A DNA stretch of 51,953 nt, the filler included, from Sphacelaria rigidula (lineage: Eukaryota): assembly GCA_964200075.2 (NCBI GenBank). It is 3 parts of 3 records of this genome, joined end to end, with 100 filler letters (N's around TTAATTAATTAA, not from the genome) between each part and the next. Parts side by side here need not be neighbours in the genome. Positions count along the whole stretch, not along the records: positions 34,710 to 51,953 come from CAXNAA020001131.1; 2 more parts are not named here. One strand, 5' to 3'. Both the position numbers and the translations under genes were made by a program. The notes below the pieces were generated by a model. It was given only the letters and a program-made list of their open reading frames with translations, was not told where the DNA came from and did not search any database. How positions within the stretch are numbered: the first letter of the stretch is position 1; each line of letters opens with the position of its first letter. Of this stretch, positions 46,000 to 51,953 are shown in pieces.

Positions 46000-48480
46000 C
46001 GCAGTAGGACGTTCACTTACCACGATCCCATGCGGCGTCTGGGCAATCAGAAACGTCTTTCCCTTGTCCACCAAGTCCTGTAGTGCTTGACGGTCTTCAA
46101 AAACGGTCTCGAAGTTGAAGTACGTCTTCCACACGCCCAACAGTGGGTGCTGCAGATGCTGAGGATTCGGCGTTCGGTATCTCAAACGTCTTTTGTCGTT
46201 GAAGTTTTGCAATCGGCGGCGGAGACGACGGCAACGAGTCAAAGGTATTCAAATTGGATATTCGGATACTCGATCTCATTTTGCATTGAGTATCGCAATT
46301 ACTTTTGTAGCTGCCCATGTGTGTCGCCGCGCCCTGGGTCAAATGGTACAGCTTCGCCATTCGGTCAGACGAAGGTGGGTTCGAAGCCCGGAAGGTGCGT
46401 TCGGGTTACTGATTTCCGTCGTTAACACATGAAGGTGCGAGTAGAAAACGACTGTATCTGGCGAGATTCCATCCGGTGAGGAAGTGCTGATCCAATCGAT
46501 GCGCGATACCGTGATGCAATCAGACGCATACAGGGGGAGGGATGGGTTTGGCGCTCCAAATGACGGTCTACGGAATCGTCCCGGAGAAAGGTGTGTGTGA
46601 AAAGGAAGGAAAACGATGAAAAGTGTTACCAACATATTCATACAGCATTTACCCCCCACCAGGACGAGTCAACGAAACCCCGGCGTGCTCCGTCCCGACT
46701 TCGTAGGGACGGAACCCCTTATGGTGTTGGCGTCGGTTGGCGACGACGCTGTAAAACACGCCACTCACTGCGCAATCTAGGCAATCAGGTTACCGACTTT
46801 GTTTGCGCGCTTTAGTTTTGGTTTCGCGGTAACGATGAGGGTGTTCGAGGTAGATATATTGTGCGGGATGGGAGAACATTGAGTCTGCACAAAGGAGATG
46901 ATCGTATTATGTAGTGTTTGATGGTGAGACACCCATGAGGCAGTGTATGAACCGTCGCTGTCTCTGGAAGTGGCGATACCACAAAATGAAGCAACTCGTT
47001 ACAGGCTGCCATCCAAATGCAAGATAAGCAATACCCTTCGGGTCGAAAACTTTCAGCAGGATGCAGCTCACCCTTCGTGCGAGTCGCCGAGCACACCACG
47101 ACGCCTCGCGCTTGGTGATTGACTACGAGCCTGGTCCGGCGAAAATCCGTCTTTCTCCGTCCCGGCTTTGTAGGGATGAAAGGTCAATGGCCATATGACT
47201 GTGGCATGTAATACCGTGAGTACAGAGCAATGCTACGGTAGGGGTACACTTTTTGCGCAAACTCTCGTGTGTTTCAGGAGGTCCTAACGATGCTAGATGT
47301 TACAAATATGGCTCAGGGCGTCCCCGTTTGCAAATTCATTCGGGAAATCCTCAGCACATTGAAACCGTAACCCTGGCGTACCTCCACGCATTCCATAAGT
47401 TGTGTGCTGGATAAGATGAAGGGCTCTTCACAACTTTTACAGCGGAAGGAAATAGTTGCGCACCCCTGCCGTGGCATCACTCCACACCACCACGAGCCGG
47501 TAATTCGAAGAGATCAGTTCGTCTCTCACCCTATAGTGGCCCTTACATTCCGGTGTCGCGGGTTGCATCAGCGCTATCGTCAGGGTTCCTCTGCTGCTCA
47601 TGCTGTCACACTTTCAACGACGGATCCCATTTTCTGTTTTGCCCCGCAAATCGTACGGTATCTGTCGGGATTTGCACTCGCAATCTGTCGCCTTACCCGG
47701 CTTTGTTGCACTCGTTCGACCACGGAGGCGCCGCCGTGGTACGAACTGGTGATGCGGGATATACACAGGTGCAATGCTTGTGCGAACTGCGTGCGCTTTG
47801 GGCCGCATCAGAGTTCAAAACACCCCGGGACCGACGGTTTCCAATATTTTTCAAGACCGCTCGGGCCATTACCCGCAGAGACCGCGCCTCCGACCCTCAC
47901 GGTGATCCTAACCTCAACCGTAGGGTGTTCCAGATCCGATGCGGTTCGAAAGGCATGCGGTCCGCACACTCGTTACACTGGTACCTATAATGATGACACT
48001 GAAGAGCGAGTCACGCATCCTAAACGATGAGATCGTATAGACAACATTTGACGTGTCCATGGACGGCGATCACTCAAAGCCAAAACAATTACTTGTGCTG
48101 AATTACGTTTAGTCCACGATACTAGAGGTTTGCACCGCTACGGAAGGCTTCGCTCTTACGAACTAGAACGGATGACTGATGCCATAGGGAGGTGATGCTA
48201 AGACAGCCCCCCCAAACCAGCGCCGAAACTGCCAAGAGGAACACGGTCGTACAGCGCATGATGATGGGTGGTTCCAGGCTGCGTGAAGCGCCTCATATGG
48301 GCGCCATCGACGAAAACAATCCCAGGCGTAAGAGTACCCAGCAGCTGCTACTCGGTGCACTCCTATTTTTCCATTTCGACCCGCCCGTCGATTTTGCCTC
48401 GTCAAACCAGCCACCTTTCGAGGGGCTTCACTACTTGATAGAGATAGACAAAACATGTCTCGGGTTTGAATTGTGAGTAG
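46000..48480 (+). pseudogene. Second, oppositely oriented relic of the same transposon family
   Basis: 48245-48415 (VQRMMMGGSRLREAPHMGAIDENNP...HFDPPVDFASSNQP) is homologous to the minus strand of 45540-45700 (VQHMMGSLRLHESPHMGEVGQTDP...HFDGHADFASPHQP). 47230-47350 matches 15255-15378. The left boundary is approximate. Confidence 0.55.
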
Positions 48481-48851
48481 CCCGTGTGGTCGTTGAAAAC
48501 TTCACTTATTGTGCATGGTCAGGGCCCGCCACCATTTTCATTCCAACGCGCTAGGGATATCTCGGATTGATTTTGAAACAGGAATGTCCCAAGTCGTCTT
48601 CTTGTTTAGCTCCTAACGCAAGGAGTCTCCCTCAATGAGAAACATTTGAACCCGAGTGTGCAACCGATACCATGGTATGGCCCGGATGGTAGTACAGGTA
48701 TTGCGCGTATGATGTACGTGTCGTGCGTAAAAACGTGGATTGCACCCAGTGCTTGGGGGGGATTCCGCCACGACACGTCCTACAGGAGAGCTCGGCATCT
48801 CTTTACATACTATAGAGCAGACGCAAGACAGCTCCAGGAAAGAAGCATTCA

Positions 48852-49207
48852 CACGCGGCCATTTGGCTACCTCTCAAAATGCTCCCGGAGGGATGCGCCG
48901 CCCTCCGGAGGCAAAACAAGCCTCCGGTGGCCTTCCATTCCTCTGAAACAAACCAAACACTACCGTGTGGGAGGGCCGCGTACCCCTCCAGAGGAGTGGG
49001 GGGGCGTAGCAAGAATCCCCCAGAGGGATGCGCGGCCCTCCAGAGGCAATTACAAGTCTCTGGAGGCGTTTCATCCCTATGGAGGAAACCAAAAAATACT
49101 TTTCTCGAGAGCCGCGCACCCCTCCGGGGGCGTTCAGTTCCTCTTGAGGCTCGAAGCGTTGACCGACCGCCCTGGAGGAATTTTAGGGGTAGCCAAATGG
49201 CCGCGTG
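48852..49207. mobile_element. MITE with CAC termini and a CCTCC(A/G)GAGG word array
   Basis: Perfect 20-bp TIRs CACGCGGCCATTTGGCTACC and GGTAGCCAAATGGCCGCGTG. There is an internal ~135-bp tandem duplication (~48882 and ~49016) and about 9 CCTCCRGAGG-like words. No TSD. Confidence 0.85.
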
Positions 49208-50211
49208 GGTGGCACATGGCTACGTAGACGCAGGATATACTGCCCACAGCGATGATGACGTCAGCAGTACTGGCACCTAATACTCTACAAAACAAATACC
49301 ATCGATCGAGAAAAGAGCATGACAAATAATAACCCGGGGGTGGAGATGTGGGGGAACCTCGAAATTTCAGAGTTTTAGCAAAGAGGGCCGCGCATGTGAC
49401 GGAAACGCTATGAACACATAAAGGGTGACAGACATGACAGTAATGAGCCTATTTTGTGTCCCGAGCAACTTTCCCTCTCGTTGCATGATTATACATACAC
49501 ACACATATATACAATATTTCGCTTACCACACGCAAGCACAAGGAGTGTTGCTCGGACCCTAGTTGAGGCGTTCAACTCACTGAAAAGTAAAAAAGTACAT
49601 CGATATGCCGAGGAGGCAGCTCGGCAGAACGCAGATGCCACAGCCCCACGACAACCGCATGGTGTAGGCCAAGTATATCTCCGTCGCCGCGAAGGTCGCG
49701 GTTCCACCGAAACACACCTGTGTAGGTTTCGACAAGGCCGTACGATGACACGGCTGTCAGGAAAGCTGGGGATAACGAAACCACTCAGATTGTCTGGGGT
49801 TGTGATGAAGGAGGGGGTAGTAAAAGTTGAAATCTCTGCGACAGCCACAACACGGCCCCGCTGGTTCACAACGGTACACAGCATGGAAGGGATACGGCGA
49901 TTCCCACCGCAATCGAGCGGTGACTATTGTTCAAACAACACGAGCGGCGAGCGCATGTCGTTTCGCGTACGTTCCGAAACTCAAACACATCTGGCCTTTT
50001 CCTTACAATGGAGTTGCCGAAGATCGGTTTTGTCCACTGGCTCTTAGATACCTCCACAAGTTCCCACGTAGCTCCAACTACGACGCTGCGCATTGTACAG
50101 CACTGCCGAAAGTGTGCCGCGGTCGCGCCACACGAAACGGTTACACGTCAACAACACTCCGGATCCTCTAGATATCGACGAGTGTATCTTCGTTTACTAG
50201 CATGAACTCAC

Positions 50212-50412
50212 CAGCCACAACGTCGTCACCGCGATTAGCCTCGTGGAGTACGGCATTGTTTCCGTGACAGCAGCTAATCCGGGTCGGAGTCGCCTTGGTC
50301 GCATGGCAGCAACTACGAGTCCCACCATGTTACCCACGACCAACAGCAGCGGTAAAATGACTGTGAACCACGACCATGACTCATCATCCGCGTGGATACT
50401 CAGGGCATCCGG
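50212..50412 (-). CDS. Internal exon of a membrane protein (TMEM185/FAM11-like WSWxxVxxPL motif)
   Basis: ctgtcAG acceptor and GTGAGT donor bound a 201-bp phase-0 exon: PDALSIHADDESWSWFTVILPLLLVVGNMVGLVVAAMRP...RLIAVTTLWL. Confidence 0.55.
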
Positions 50413-51049
50413 CTGACAGGGTAGTGCACATACGTCTGTACTGGGATCACGAACAATCCCAGGGCTACTCCCGTCATGGTGGAGACGGGAGAAGAGCACT
50501 AGTGCCTGTGCAGTTGCCAACGGGAGGGTTCGGCGGGCAAGGGGGGCGGAGAGCAGGCGGGATAGCGGCACGTCAGCCCTGCACACTTGGTGTAGCGAAT
50601 GCACGGGCTACCGGGTGCGATACACGTGGTCGGGTGAGATTTGCGGTGATCGCTATATATCTATGAATGGTCACGCAGAGTACACGGCGAGTTTATTCAC
50701 GTATGCAGCTGAAGCAAAGAAAGACAGCATTTGCTCCAAATCTTGATATTCAACTGGACGACACCTTTGAGTTTTTGTCCGAGTCGGCGTCTGGTTCCGA
50801 AGAAGCTACGTCTCGATGTTCTTCGTTGGTCGGCAGCGTGACTGGGACAAGCTGGGATGTCACGCTCGAATTTGCCACGGCCGTCTCTCTGCGGCAGCAT
50901 ATGCCCTATGCAGAGAGTTGATAATACCCAGCAGCGGTAGCGAACAAGAAAATGCAGCAAGCAGCGGACACGTTTCCGGCGGACGGAACTCAGCGAGACA
51001 CAACGTCGAGGCAAATATATATGCTGAATGTGGGATGCCACCGTTGTCG

Positions 51050-51630
51050 CGTATTCAGCTTGAATATTCAAGCTTCGATATTGAAGGTCCAGTTGAAGTG
51101 TCAGGCGCCCAATTTGAGCCTTCGGTGCTTGACTTCAGAGTCCGAGCTTCACGTTGAACCTCCATACTGAAGCCTCGATCCACAGGTTCAAGCTCGGGGC
51201 TTCAACGTTACGGTTAGGGGATTCAAGACCCGAGACTCAACCTGAATGTCCAAAGTGAGACCCGAGGATTCAACTCGAATCCCTGCCTCGAAGGCCCGCC
51301 TTCGACCAACAGCACAGATGTAAGGTAAAGAACAACTCCAAGTTCAAAGTTGAAGCCTCAACCTCAATCTGAAGCGCTTATGTCGGAGCTTCAAGTCGAC
51401 GGTTGAACGTTTAGATTGGGATTTCCATCTTCTGCGACGTACTGGTTGAGCCTCTTGCTTTGCATGGTTCAAAACACAATTCGACCACTCAAGTGGGCAC
51501 TCGAATCGTCAAGCTGAAAGTCCACGCTCAAAGTGGAGGTAAAGGCGTCGAAGTTCGGAGTAGGAGGTTCGAGTGAGGGCACGAGTCATGCGACGGTAGG
51601 GTTGCAAGGAATATCTCTCCGTCTTGAAAG
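51050..51630. repeat. TTGAA/TTCAA/TCGAA-word-rich interspersed repeat
   Basis: Starts with the perfect 18-bp palindrome AGCTTGAATATTCAAGCT (51057-51074) and is dense in ttcaa, ttgaa and ctcaa words. Related to 26550-27052. Confidence 0.6.
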
Positions 51631-51930
51631 TTTTGGAGCCATCCATCTCATTTAAAACCTGACTCGTGGAGTATGTGAGAGCACGCCACGGTTAGCATTC
51701 AGGTGGGCTAGGGATGCCTCAAGGTTCGCTGAACTCGACTGAACGATCGACGACGGAAAGGGACTGCTGAGCCGCTCTCGCGATAAACAGATGTAGGCAA
51801 GCACCGCAGAAGCAAAGCGGAGAACTAAGACAAATGAAAACAAAAGAAAACGCCTGTGTTGGCCCTCCTCTTGTGTGACCCCACATACACCGGAATGTGT
51901 AGACCGGCGTCCAGAATAGGTGGGATAACG

Positions 51931-51953
51931 ACACACACACACACACACACACA
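51931..51953. repeat. (AC)n microsatellite
   Basis: Directly visible at the window end. Confidence 0.95.

Noticed and set aside
49500-50160. Possible LINE ORF1 relic (VQHCRKCAAVAPH)
   Set aside because: The zinc-knuckle match is incomplete and no endonuclease or RT follows.

Overview
Eukaryotic, repeat-saturated nuclear scaffold with two artificial 100-nt gaps carrying a TTAATTAATTAA linker. It is most likely from a brown alga (Phaeophyceae), inferred from an EsV-1-7 cysteine-repeat gene and GT-AG exons in long introns. Most of the window is transposon-derived. There is a nested palindromic/Harbinger-like complex (1-6.5 kb) and a 1.65-kb TIR element filled with a strictly phased ~42-bp array of conserved palindromes and hypervariable spacers (6.5-8.2 kb). 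There are also Stowaway-, hAT-, Sola- and mariner-like MITEs, a decayed Ty1/copia element (about 17.7-23.5 kb), several decayed KDZ/Zisupton-like transposase relics and a 1.7-kb (ATT/ATC)n microsatellite. Host coding content is an EsV-1-7 ORF with seven 68-aa repeats and an upstream in-frame stop, a minus-strand IQ-motif multi-exon gene, and isolated exon-like fragments (L-type lectin-like, TMEM185-like, psb28-like). All family assignments come from motif recognition by eye; no database searches were run.
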